From: an uncultured Chloroflexia bacterium
GTDB taxonomy: Bacteria; Chloroflexota; Limnocylindria; Limnocylindrales; CSP1-4
Length of the DNA: 64,000 nt
Direction of reading: 5' to 3'
Assembly: GCA_963734535.1 (NCBI GenBank)
Contig: CAVTHS010000003.1
Coordinates: forward strand, 32,001 to 96,000
Below the pieces are notes generated by a model. The model had not been told where the DNA came from. It saw nothing but the letters and a program-made list of their open reading frames with translations, and did no database searches. Each line of letters opens with the position of its first letter. Positions within the stretch are counted from its first letter, which is position 1. Position numbers and translations under genes: made by a program. This document shows, in pieces, positions 1 to 13,265 of this stretch.

Positions 1-213
1 CTGCGGCGGACCTTGGCCGAGTATATCGGGCGCGGACCGGGAGCCGGCGGGCCGAAGGTCGCGCCGATGGCAGGGCGGTCCGGGCCGGCAGCGGGGCCAT
101 CGCGTGGCCGTCTGGCGCATCGGCCTCTCTCGCGTCGCCCACTGCCGTGCCGCCCTCCGCTCCGCGTGCGACGATGTCGGGCCAACCTCTCCAGGACCCC
201 GCGGAGTGCCAGC

Positions 214-1440
214 GTGATCGACTTCAGCCTGAGCGACGAGAACCGGCTCGTCCGCGATTCCGTCCGCGACTTCGTGGCGGCGGAGATCCTGCCGAACATC
301 CGGGCCTGGGACGAGCAGGGCGAGGCGCACCCGGAGGTCTTCGCGAAGATGGGGGAGCTGGGCTATCTCGGCGCGCCGATCCCGGAAGCGTGGGGCGGGG
401 CGGGGATGGACTTCGTCTCGTTCGCGATCCTGTGCGAAGAGCTGGAGCGCGCCGACACGGCCTTCCGGGTGGTGATGAGCGTGCACGTCGGCCTGAACTC
501 GCTCGCGCTCCTCCAGTGGGGGACCGACGAGCAGCGCCGTCGCTGGCTCGTGCCGCAGGCGCAGGGCACGAAGCTCGCGACGTTCGCGCTGACCGAGCCG
601 GGTGCCGGGACCGATGCGGCGAGCCTCGAGACGACCGCCCGCCGCGACGGCGACGCCTACGTCCTCAACGGGTCGAAGATCTGGATCAGCCTGGCAGATC
701 TCGCGGACCACATCCTGCTCTTCGCGACGGTCGATCGCGGCAGGAAGCACCGCGGGGTCACCGCGTTCATGCTCGAGCGCGGGATGCCCGGCCTGACGAC
801 GGGGACGCTGCACGGCAAGCTGGGGATCCGGGCCGGGAACACCGGGCTGGTCACCCTCGACAACGTGGTCGTCCCGGTCGAGAACCGGATCGGCGAGGAG
901 GGCGAAGGATTCCTGGTCGCGATGAGCGCGATCGACCAGGGCCGCTTCACCGTCGCCGCCGGGGCGGTCGGGCTCGCGCAGGCCTGCCTGGATGCGAGCG
1001 TCGCGTACGCCCACCAGCGCGAGACCTTCGGCGAAGAGATCGGGCGCCACCAGCTGGTCAAGCAGATGATCGCGAAGATGGCCGCCGGAACGGAGACCGG
1101 GCGGCTTCTCGTCTGGCGCGCGGCATGGCTGAAGAACCACGGGGTTCGCAACACGCGTGAGACCTCGCTCGCGAAGTGGCACGCCACGGAGCACAGCGTG
1201 GCCGCTGCGCTCGACGCGATCCAGGTGCACGGTGCGAACGGGTACAGCAACGAGTTCCCGGTGGAGCGCTACCTGCGCAACTCGAAGGCGGCCGTGATCT
1301 ACGAGGGGACGAGCCAGCTCCACACGCTGATCCAGGCCGACTACGCCCTGGGCTACCGCGAGGACCGGCCGATCCGCTGCGAGCCCCTCCCGGCGCAGGG
1401 CGTCGAGCGCTGGCCGGCGCTGCGGGCGGGCGGCCGGTGA
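214..1440 (+). CDS. Acyl-CoA dehydrogenase
   Basis: Motifs FALTEPGAGTD, LNGSKIWIS, GKLGIRA, IQVHGANGY and IYEGTSQL. Start placed at GTG 214 (VIDFSLS). Confidence 0.93.
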   Translation: MIDFSLSDENRLVRDSVRDFVAAEILPNIRAWDEQGEAHPEVFAKMGELGYLGAPIPEAWGGAGMDFVSFAILCEELERADTAFRVVMSVHVGLNSLALLQWGTDEQRRRWLVPQAQGTKLATFALTEPGAGTDAASLETTARRDGDAYVLNGSKIWISLADLADHILLFATVDRGRKHRGVTAFMLERGMPGLTTGTLHGKLGIRAGNTGLVTLDNVVVPVENRIGEEGEGFLVAMSAIDQGRFTVAAGAVGLAQACLDASVAYAHQRETFGEEIGRHQLVKQMIAKMAAGTETGRLLVWRAAWLKNHGVRNTRETSLAKWHATEHSVAAALDAIQVHGANGYSNEFPVERYLRNSKAAVIYEGTSQLHTLIQADYALGYREDRPIRCEPLPAQGVERWPALRAGGR

Positions 1441-1713
1441 GCGGCGACCTGGCCCCGGCGGCGCGCCTCCGCGAGCAGCTCGTGGCACTCCTGGTCCACC
1501 GGGAGTCCCGGCCACCGCGCCGCGATCCTCATCGCCGGCGCGCTCGCCGCCGCGTTCGCCGGCGCATTCCTCTTCGGCGCCTGGCACGTCCTGTTCGGCG
1601 GGCTCGTGAAGGGCAACTGGCGCGCCGGGGGCTTCGGCGTGGCGCTCGCGGCCGTCGCCGCGGCCTTGCTGGTGGGCGAGGCCGCGCTGCTTCGGCGGCG
1701 GCTCCGCGGGTAG
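1437..1713 (+). pseudogene. Small two-TM membrane protein with an apparent +1 frameshift near 1505-1515
   Basis: GTG overlaps the ACAD stop (GTGA) and reads MSGDLAPAARLREQLVALLVHRES. Codon bias then moves to another frame (HRAAILIAGALAAAFAGAFLFGAWHVLFGG...RRRLRG*), which has no start codon of its own. Confidence 0.5.
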
Positions 1714-1884
1714 CCCCGGGTCACGCCGAACAGGTCCGAGGCGACGCGGGGAAGCCGGTCGCCGAACGCCTGCAAGGTCCGTCGCACCGTGCCGGCTGCG
1801 CCCGGCTCGAATGGGACGGTCTCGAGCTTGATCGTGATCAGGGTCAGGTGGCCAGGATCCTGGGATGGTCCCGATCGCTGACCA

Positions 1885-2277
1885 TTAGTCACCGGCCGCC
1901 GCGTCAAGTGCCTCCCCAATGAGGCGCTGAAGGACGTCATTCAGGAGTTGCAGCCCTGGGGGCATCGTTCGGCCGAGGGTCGAACGTACGTCGCCCGTGC
2001 GCCCATCCAGCTCGATCGTCCAGTGCATGTCGGTGCCACCAACGCCATCGTCGGGCGGGATGGTCGCGGGAAGGTCGAAGAAGCCGCTCCTCTCGATGGC
2101 CGTCACGAGGTCCGAAAGCCCGACAGCTCCGAGCTTCACGGGGCGTCCCCAGGTGCCGTCAGGGAGGAGTTGCTCGGCTCGGCCCGTCGCGTGGACCCGC
2201 GTCCCGGTGCGCCGAGTGCGCGTTTCGATCACGCACTCGAGCTCGACGCGGCGCCGTTTGGAGCCTCGCTGCGTCAT
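1885..2277 (-). CDS. Hypothetical protein (~130 aa) coupled to the OmpA/metallopeptidase gene; candidate immunity or partner protein
   Basis: ATG at 2277 overlaps the upstream stop (ATGA). Protein-like sequence (AIERSGFFDLP...MHWTIELDG). Confidence 0.7.
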   Translation of the reverse strand: MTQRGSKRRRVELECVIETRTRRTGTRVHATGRAEQLLPDGTWGRPVKLGAVGLSDLVTAIERSGFFDLPATIPPDDGVGGTDMHWTIELDGRTGDVRSTLGRTMPPGLQLLNDVLQRLIGEALDAAAGD

Positions 2278-3998
2278 GTCTTCAGCCTCCACTCATTGGA
2301 CCCGGTTACCGCGCGAAGGGCCTCCATGAACGTGACGTACTGGGGCGACCGGATCGTGCTTCCAAGAGACATGAGGTTGTCGTTGTTCTCGTACACGGAG
2401 TTGCCAAGCCCAGCCGCGGTGCTCCGGGCGTCCTGCGGATGGACGGTGCCCACGGGCTGGCCGGTGCCGAAGACCTTGCCTTGGGCCCTCGTCGGGTCGG
2501 ATGCGTACTCGTCCTGCAGGCCAAGCATGTGCCCGAACTCGTGGGCTGCCTGGTTCTGGCCGGCGCCACCCGCCATGACGATGTCCACACGCCGCGACGA
2601 TGCCGCGCCGCTCTCGCCCGCGCTCCCGGTGCCGGTGGTGGTCTTGACACGTGCTGCGGCGTTCACGAGGTTGTTGCCGCCTACACGTGTCGCCTTCAGA
2701 TAATCCGCGACGGCCTGTGCCCGCTGCTCGGAGAGGCGCTGGTTTCGGGCCTCGCCGGCCGCAGTGCTCGCCCCGACCGTGTCGGCATGACCCGTGATGT
2801 CGATCGTCGTGCCCGTGCCGCCAGTGGGTGTCTGGAAGCTGTAGATGATGTCCTGAAGCTCGCGTTGGGCTGTCGCGTTCAGGCCGACGGAGCCGCGGTC
2901 AAAGAAGACCCGCTGGCGCAGCAGGTGGCTGTGGGCAACGGTCTGGCCGCTGCCAAGCTCGAGAAGGGACTGACCGGCCGCGTCCCGGCCACCCCCCCGG
3001 GCGCCGAAGTCGGTGTTGTCGTCCGGGGTCTTGTAGATCGTCGCGTTGCAGTGAGTCCCGCCGGTGCCCACCGGGATTGACGATGATCCAGCCGGGAGGG
3101 GGCCAGCCACGGTCACGTTCTGCGTGTTCACGACAATGTTGATGCGGGCAAGTTGCGCCTCCCAGCCCGGGTGGCTGCTCTGGAACTGAAGGCCGCTGCC
3201 TGCGGAATTCCAGGCGCCCGTGACATTGGCCCGATAGCCGGTCATCCAGGTCTCCTGATCGCCGGCCCACTTCCACCTCTCCGCCGCCGCGGCCCGCTCC
3301 GATCGCGGCAGGGCGTTGATCTGATTCGCGGCGTTGTTCAGGCTTGCGTGACCAGCCACCGCGAGGTCCCCGTTCATGCTCATTCCGTCCACGAACGTCA
3401 TGCCGATGTTCATGGTCACGGTCAGGTTCATCCCAACCGGGTCGTAGCGAGCCTGGAACCCACCCCCGGGTATGGGTTGGATGAGCTGGCCCTGCGCCGC
3501 AGCCGGCATGGGTCCACGGTCACGAAACGCTTGCAGGTCAGCCGGGACAGCCGCGGGCGCGGGGCCCGCGATGTTCGTCGGCGTCGGCGGGTCGCGCTGG
3601 ATCACCATCCGGGCGACGGCCCCGTTGCCCTGCACCTTCTGCATGTGCTCAATCGCGTTCGCGTGCACGGCTGACATGCCCGGGAGCAGGAGTGCAGCCA
3701 GCAGCGGGCCGGAACGCTCCGGGGCGGTCTCGGCCGGGCCTTCTTCGGAGATGGTGGCGCCGTCGCCCCCGGCGTCCTCCAACGCCCCCATGCGTCTCGC
3801 GCCCGACAGCGTGGCCAGCGGGTTCTGATCGAGACGGTTGTGCGAGCGCGCGACCAGCTCGGCGACCGAGCGGTTCCCGGCGCGCCGTTGGAGATCCATC
3901 GCCGCGCGGACGACGGGCGCATCCGAGCGCTCGCGCGTCCCAGGGAGCTTCCCCGGCGCGAGCACATGCTGATCATGCTGGAGCACACGGTCGCGCAT
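2274..3998 (-). CDS. Putative eCIS-type effector: QRxxGN leader, OmpA-like peptidoglycan-binding domain and HEXXH zinc metallopeptidase
   Basis: Leader motifs LQRRAGNRSV and MQKVQGNGAVARMVIQR. OmpA motifs FFDRGS, ITGHAD, NQRLSEQRAQAV, RRVDI. Peptidase motif HEFGHMLGLQDEY with a later NLMS. GGAGG RBS before ATG 3998. Confidence 0.78.
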   Translation of the reverse strand: MRDRVLQHDQHVLAPGKLPGTRERSDAPVVRAAMDLQRRAGNRSVAELVARSHNRLDQNPLATLSGARRMGALEDAGGDGATISEEGPAETAPERSGPLLAALLLPGMSAVHANAIEHMQKVQGNGAVARMVIQRDPPTPTNIAGPAPAAVPADLQAFRDRGPMPAAAQGQLIQPIPGGGFQARYDPVGMNLTVTMNIGMTFVDGMSMNGDLAVAGHASLNNAANQINALPRSERAAAAERWKWAGDQETWMTGYRANVTGAWNSAGSGLQFQSSHPGWEAQLARINIVVNTQNVTVAGPLPAGSSSIPVGTGGTHCNATIYKTPDDNTDFGARGGGRDAAGQSLLELGSGQTVAHSHLLRQRVFFDRGSVGLNATAQRELQDIIYSFQTPTGGTGTTIDITGHADTVGASTAAGEARNQRLSEQRAQAVADYLKATRVGGNNLVNAAARVKTTTGTGSAGESGAASSRRVDIVMAGGAGQNQAAHEFGHMLGLQDEYASDPTRAQGKVFGTGQPVGTVHPQDARSTAAGLGNSVYENNDNLMSLGSTIRSPQYVTFMEALRAVTGSNEWRLKT

Positions 3999-4052
3999 AG
4001 GCTGCCCTCCGGGGCACCCTAGCCCCACCAGGGCCGAGCGACAAGCGCCGCA

Positions 4053-4079
4053 CGGGCAGACCACGTGCCCGATCGGGCG
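4053..4079 (-). promoter_or_regulatory. Upstream element CGCCCGATCGGGCACGT-N3-CTGCCCG (copy 1)
   Basis: 17-nt exact match to 59006-59022. Contains the perfect palindrome GCCCGATCGGGC. Lies about 55 nt before the start of the OmpA/peptidase gene. Confidence 0.6.
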
Positions 4080-4194
4080 ACCCCTCTTTGCCGCCGACAC
4101 GGGTTGGCCTGCCGGCGGCGCCCAGGCAGGCGGCGGCCAGCGGCGAGCAGCGCGATCCCTCGCCCCGTTGCGGCGCTGGGGAGGACGAGCGAGA

Positions 4195-8027
<3,833 letters not shown>

Positions 8028-8266
8028 TGCGGATGGCTCACCCGGGCGGCTCCGGTCGGGCGAGCGCTCGTGTCGGCGCGCGGGACCCCGAATATCGGGC
8101 CAGCCGATCGCACGGACCCACCCCGAGCGTGGGAGATACAGCCAAACTCGAGAATTGCCGCGTTTCGGAGCGTGACCGTGGCGATTCTGATCGGGTGGGG
8201 CGATATCTGCCGCAGGCCCCGTGGCACAGCGCGGCCTCTCGGTCCGTCGCGCCTGCGCGAGTCGGC

Positions 8267-9220
8267 TCAGGTCGCCTCGACCACTTCCTCGGGCCGCGAG
8301 ACGGCCTGACGTCCGCGCGTCCAGACGATGATCGCGACCGCGACGATGATGATCACGCCGGCGACGAGGGTTCGGGGCGTGACCAATTCGCCCAGGATCA
8401 GCGAGCCGAGCGCGACGGCCACGATCGGGTTGACGTAGGCGTACGTCGCGACGAGCGGCAGCGGCGCCACCCGCAGCAGCCAGGCGTACGCAGTGAAGCC
8501 GATCAGCGACCCGACGGCGACAAGGTAGGCGAGGGCGGCGGCGCTTTCCGCGGTGACGTCCGCCGGGCGGAACCGGCTGATCTCCCCGGTCGCGAGCGCG
8601 ACGACCCCGAGCATCGCCCCGCCGCACAGCATCTGCATGCCGACGCCGACCAGGGGCCGCACGGGCAGGTGGGCGCGGCTGCTGTAGAGGGAGCCGATCG
8701 CCCACAGGATCGGCGAGCCGAGGAGGATCAGCGCGCCCGCCGGATCCACGGAGGCGCTCCCGCCGGCCGGCCAGACGAGCACGCCGACCCCCGCGAACCC
8801 GAGCCCGATCCCGACGACTGTCGAGCGCGAGAGCCGCAGGTCGAAGAAGAGCCGGCCGAGGATCGCGACCCACACGGGCAGCGTGGCGATGAGCAGCGCG
8901 GCGATCCCCGACGCGACCGTCGTCTCGCCAAGCGCCACGAGGCCGTTGCCGCCCACCAGGAGAAACCCGCCGATGATCGCCGCGTCCCGCCATTCACGCC
9001 GACCCGGCCGGGGCTCTCCCGCCCGGCCGCGCGACGTCACGGCGAGGAGGAGCGTACCCGCGATCAGAAAGCGGATCGAGCTCTGCGTGAAGGGCGGGAT
9101 CGTGCCCACGGCGATCCGGATGGCGAGATACGTGGAGCCCCAGACGACGTAGAGGGCACCCAGGGCGAGCGCGACCTGGGCCCCGGGTGCGCCGAGCGTG
9201 CGGTGGGCGGGCGTTGCCAT
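8267..9220 (-). CDS. EamA/DMT family transporter
   Basis: LYVVWGSTYLAIR, about 10 TM segments, YAYVNPIVAV. Confidence 0.9.
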   Translation of the reverse strand: MATPAHRTLGAPGAQVALALGALYVVWGSTYLAIRIAVGTIPPFTQSSIRFLIAGTLLLAVTSRGRAGEPRPGRREWRDAAIIGGFLLVGGNGLVALGETTVASGIAALLIATLPVWVAILGRLFFDLRLSRSTVVGIGLGFAGVGVLVWPAGGSASVDPAGALILLGSPILWAIGSLYSSRAHLPVRPLVGVGMQMLCGGAMLGVVALATGEISRFRPADVTAESAAALAYLVAVGSLIGFTAYAWLLRVAPLPLVATYAYVNPIVAVALGSLILGELVTPRTLVAGVIIIVAVAIIVWTRGRQAVSRPEEVVEAT

Positions 9221-9348
9221 CCGGGAAGGATGCCAGCCGGCCTCCGGGCCTGCTGGCGCATTCCGGCCGCCCTGCGGCCGAGGGCTGCGCTGGCGCCTGC
9301 GGCCGGCCCGTCGTGGGGGCCCTCCGAGCGTGCGACAATCGCGGGGCG

Positions 9349-10362
9349 ATGCCGCTCGACGACCGCTTCGACGATCTCGTCGCCAGCCTGGCCGGGTTCT
9401 ACCGGGCATGGGTGATCCAGCTCGGGATCGAGCTGGGGCTCTTTGCCCGCCTCCGTGAGGCCGGGTCGACTGGGCTGACGCGCGCCGACCTGGCCCGGGC
9501 CGCGACCGCCGCCCCCGAGCCAGTCTCCGCCTGGTGCGACGCGGCCTACGCGGCCGACCTGATCGCGGATGACGGATCACGGGTCACCATCGACGCGGAC
9601 GTCGCATCGATTCTGCTGGACAAGGACCGCACTGCGTACCTGGGCGGGCAGTTCACGTACACGGTCACGGCGAGCCTGGACTACGACCGGATGGCCGAGT
9701 ACCTGCGCACCGGCGAGCCCGTCGGCTCTCGATCGGCGCGCTACTACCGGGCGATCGAGGCCCTGACCCGCCAGGACATCGCGGTCTTCTTCGAGGAGGC
9801 GCTCGCCGCGCTTCCCGACCTCGTGGCGGACCTGGTCCGGGGGATCGACGTCATCGACCTCCACTGCGGCGGAGGCCGCTGGCTGGCGGCGATCGCGCGG
9901 CGCTTTCCGAAGGCGCGCCTCGTGGGCGTGGAGCCGGAGTCCGATTCGGTGACCCGCGCGATCCAGCTGGTGCAGCGCGCGGGCCTCGGGTCGCGGATCC
10001 GGATCGAGGCCCGCGAGGTGGATGAGAAGCTGGCCGTCGGCTCCTTCGACCTGGCCTATCTCCAGCACGCCCTCCACGAGATGCCGGACCCGGTCGTGGC
10101 GCTGCAGTCGGCGTGGCGCATGATCCGGCCCGGGGGCTGGCTCATCGTCCTGGGCTGGTGCCTGCCCGACGGTCTCGAGGACTACGCGACCCTCCATGGG
10201 CAGCTGATCGCGGGCGTCGCGCTTGACGAGCTGTTCCATGGGGCGCGCCTGCGGACCGTCGCGCAGCACGCGGAGCTGTTCCGCGCCGCCGGGCTCCCCG
10301 AGCCCGAGGCGATCCCGCTCCCGTCCGACGCGACGCTCCTCGTGACGCGGCGCGACGCCTGA
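9349..10362 (+). CDS. Class I SAM-dependent methyltransferase with N-terminal winged helix
   Basis: GIELGLF N-terminus, VIDLHCGGG motif I variant, FDLAYLQHALHE, IRPGGWL. Confidence 0.85.
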   Translation: MPLDDRFDDLVASLAGFYRAWVIQLGIELGLFARLREAGSTGLTRADLARAATAAPEPVSAWCDAAYAADLIADDGSRVTIDADVASILLDKDRTAYLGGQFTYTVTASLDYDRMAEYLRTGEPVGSRSARYYRAIEALTRQDIAVFFEEALAALPDLVADLVRGIDVIDLHCGGGRWLAAIARRFPKARLVGVEPESDSVTRAIQLVQRAGLGSRIRIEAREVDEKLAVGSFDLAYLQHALHEMPDPVVALQSAWRMIRPGGWLIVLGWCLPDGLEDYATLHGQLIAGVALDELFHGARLRTVAQHAELFRAAGLPEPEAIPLPSDATLLVTRRDA

Positions 10363-10418
10363 CCGCTTGGCGAGCGTCCGGCGGCGTATCGGGCTGACCG
10401 AGCCGGCCCGGCGCGCGA

Positions 10419-10482
10419 TCAGTTCACGACGATCGTGCCGTGCATGCTGGCGTGGATCCCGCAGACGTACGTCCCTGCAGCC
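10419..10482 (-). pseudogene. C-terminal remnant of a cupredoxin (plastocyanin/azurin-like) gene
   Basis: Reads AAGTYVCGIHASMHGTIVVN*, the type-1 copper C-x2-H-x2-M loop. No cupredoxin-like sequence upstream. Confidence 0.5.
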
Positions 10483-10512
10483 CGGGCGCCTCCCGATCTT
10501 CGTGGCGCTCCC

Positions 10513-11419
10513 GTGACGGCCGCCGAACTGGTGATCCGATGGTTTGCGGACGATGCCATGCGCGACCGCGCCGCGCTTGCGGCGGCCCTCGGGATCGACC
10601 TCCCGGCGTCGAGCTCGATCGACGTCGCCGGGCTCCGACTCGAGATCGTGGAGGCCGCGTCCACCACGGCACCTCGACTCGTGCGAGGGTACGCGCCCGG
10701 CGCGGCCCGCGGCCGGCTCGAGGTGATTGCGACCGGTCCCGGCCGCGGGACCTCGCTCGCCGCAGAACCGGCCCTCACGCCGCGGGACGCGACGGACACC
10801 ACCGGCTCCTCGGCCCCCCCGACACGCGCGGCAGCGCTTCCTGGCGCTGGGTTGGGCGACCGTCGATCTCGAGCGTGCCGCATCGTCATGGCCCGGTGTG
10901 CGCTGGGAGACCGCGCCGCGGGACTCGGTGGTCGGGGCGAGGGCCCTCCTCGGTCGAGCCGGCGTGGACGCGGCCGCCGATGCGACGTTGACCCACGCGG
11001 CCGCCCACGTGGCGCCGCCCAGCGGCCCGGCGCCTGCAGGCCCGGACCCCGCCGACCGGGAACCTGCCGACCAGGCGCTCACCGACCCGGGACCGGCCCG
11101 CGCCCTCACGATCGTTCTCCTCGAGCCCGACGCGGAGGGACGGCTCGCTGCGTCACTCGCTCGTCACGGAGAGGGCCCGGCCGTCCTCTACGTGCGGGTT
11201 CCGATCTCCACCCTCGCCGGCATGTCGGCGCGCTTGGCACGACTCGAGGTCAGGGCAAGGGACGGGACGGGTCCCTTCGGACCGGAATGGGCAGTCGCCG
11301 GACCGCACGCCTGGGGCCCGACCCTGGTCCTGGTGCCCGGCGCCCAGCCAGGCAGGCCGGTTGATCCGGGTGAGGCGGACCCGCCCCAGCTCGGCCGACG
11401 CGGTACCATCGGATCATGA
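10513..11419 (+). pseudogene. Hypothetical protein with VOC/glyoxalase-like C-terminus, split by a frameshift at a C7 run (10814-10820)
   Basis: First frame VTAAELVIRWFADD...; second frame RFLALGWATVDLERA...LLEPDAEGRLAASLARHGEGP. Deleting one C joins them. The stop overlaps the GNAT start. Confidence 0.55.
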
Positions 11420-11856
11420 TCGAACGAGCGACGCTCACGTTCCGGGACGCCGGTCCGGACGACGCTGAATGGATCGCGCGGCTTCTCTCCGACGAGGGGT
11501 ATCCCGCCGGGGCCACCGACATCGTGCGCCGCCTGGAGCGGTACGTCGACCGCGAATGCCCCGTCCGCATCGCGGAGTCCAGTGGCGAGCGCGTTGGCTT
11601 CGTGGCCTGCCAGGTGATCCCGCGCTTCGAGCATGACGACCACGTCGTGCGGGTGATGGCGCTCGTCGTGGACCCGGGTGTCCGCGGTCGCGGCGTCGGG
11701 GCAGCGCTGATGGCCGAGGCGGAGGCCATCGCGGTGGGGATCGACGCCGCGTTCCTCGAGGTGACCGCCGGCCATCATCGTCCGGGCGCCCGGCGCCTGT
11801 TCGAGGCCGCCGGCTACGACGCCTCGCTCACGAGCTACCTCCGGAAGCGGCGCTGA
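11416..11856 (+). CDS. GNAT family N-acetyltransferase
   Basis: LVVDPGVRGRGVGAALM acetyl-CoA motif; ARRLFEAAGY. Confidence 0.9.
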   Translation: MIERATLTFRDAGPDDAEWIARLLSDEGYPAGATDIVRRLERYVDRECPVRIAESSGERVGFVACQVIPRFEHDDHVVRVMALVVDPGVRGRGVGAALMAEAEAIAVGIDAAFLEVTAGHHRPGARRLFEAAGYDASLTSYLRKRR

Positions 11857-13154
11857 GCACGTCCCAGGTCGAGTCGTTCCCGCACCTCCGGCTGAGGGTC
11901 GCCTCGGACGAGCTTCTCGCGCTGCCGTGGGAGCTGCCGCTGGCGGAGTGGCGTGCCGACCGGGTCGTCATGCGCGCCCTCCCCGTCGGGCCCTCGCGCC
12001 ACCTCGTCCGCTTCGTCGTCATCGACGAGACCGTGTACGCGCTGAAGGAGGAGTCGATCGATACCGCGTACCACGAGTACGGGGTGCTCGTTCGCCTCGA
12101 GACGCTGGCCCTGCCGTCGGTCCGCGCGATCGGGATCGCGGAGCGCCGGGACGACGCGACGGCGATCCTGGTAACCGAGTACCTGCGCCACTCGCTGCAG
12201 TATCGACGGCTCCTCATGCGGGTCCCGCTCGCTGCCGGCGGCTACCGCGACCGGCTCCTGGACGCGATGGCGTCGCTCCTCGTGGACCTTCACCGGGGCG
12301 GCGTCTACTGGGGCGACTGCTCGCTCGCGAACACGCTGTTCCGGCGCGACGGTGGAACGATCCAGGCCTACCTCGTCGACGCGGAGACCAGCGAGACCTA
12401 CCCCGAGCTGTCCGACGGGCAGCGTGCCTACGACCTCGACGTCCTCGTCGAGAATGTCGCGTTCGGCCTCGCTGACCTCGCGGCGTTCCAGGGACACCCC
12501 GACGCGATGGACGAGCAGATCGCCGCGGCCGAGTCCGTGAGGACGCGGTACACGGCCCTGTGGCAGGAGCTCCACGACCAGGTCGAGATCCAGGGTGGCG
12601 ACCGCTTCGCGATCCAGGCCCACATCCGGCGCCTCAACGACCTGGGCTTCGCGATCGGCGAGATCGAGCTGCTTCCCGGCCCGGCCGGGACGGTCCGCCT
12701 CCGGACGGCCGTCGCCCAGCGCGACTTCCACGCCCGTGAGCTCGATCGCCGGACGGGGATCGTCGCACTCGAGGGCCAGGCACGCCTGCTCCTCAACGAC
12801 GTCCGCGAGTATCGTGCGTGGCTGACCTTCTTCGAACGCCGGCCGGTCTCCTCGGCCGAAGGCGCGGCCCGCTGGCAGGACGAGGTGCTCGAGCCGTACC
12901 TGCGACGGCTGGAGACGGTCATCGGGCCCGGCCGCGACCCGCTCCAGGCGTACTGCGACCTCCTGGAGCACAAGTGGCTCCTCTCGGAGCGTGCCCAGCG
13001 CGACCTGGGCCTCGAGGCGGCGTTCGCCTCGTACGTGGCCGACGGTGCGCCGGCGCCCGAGGTGACGGGCGGCGCCCCGGGGCTCGACCTCGACCCCACG
13101 GACCCCGAGACGATGTGGGCCGGCGGCAGCCCGTCGGAGGTTCGGGCCCGTTAG
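11853..13154 (+). CDS. DUF4032-domain kinase-like protein
   Basis: LLALPWELPLAEW, SRHLVRFV, YWGDCSLANTLFRRD, YLVDAET, LEHKWLLSE. The conserved N-terminus lies upstream of ATG 11970, so the start is placed at in-frame CTG 11853. Confidence 0.8.
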   Translation: MSTSQVESFPHLRLRVASDELLALPWELPLAEWRADRVVMRALPVGPSRHLVRFVVIDETVYALKEESIDTAYHEYGVLVRLETLALPSVRAIGIAERRDDATAILVTEYLRHSLQYRRLLMRVPLAAGGYRDRLLDAMASLLVDLHRGGVYWGDCSLANTLFRRDGGTIQAYLVDAETSETYPELSDGQRAYDLDVLVENVAFGLADLAAFQGHPDAMDEQIAAAESVRTRYTALWQELHDQVEIQGGDRFAIQAHIRRLNDLGFAIGEIELLPGPAGTVRLRTAVAQRDFHARELDRRTGIVALEGQARLLLNDVREYRAWLTFFERRPVSSAEGAARWQDEVLEPYLRRLETVIGPGRDPLQAYCDLLEHKWLLSERAQRDLGLEAAFASYVADGAPAPEVTGGAPGLDLDPTDPETMWAGGSPSEVRAR

Positions 13155-13265
13155 GTTGCGCGACACGCCGCCGCTGCGCGACGGACGCCGCCTTGATCGA
13201 GCGGCGCTCCCGAGGCCTCGATCCCGGGGCCGGTGACGCGGAGCCGCCCGCCGCGCGAGCGCGAT

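Noticed and set aside
8028-8266. Slightly lower-GC spacer between convergent genes
   Set aside because: No ORF, terminal repeats or recognisable RNA motif.
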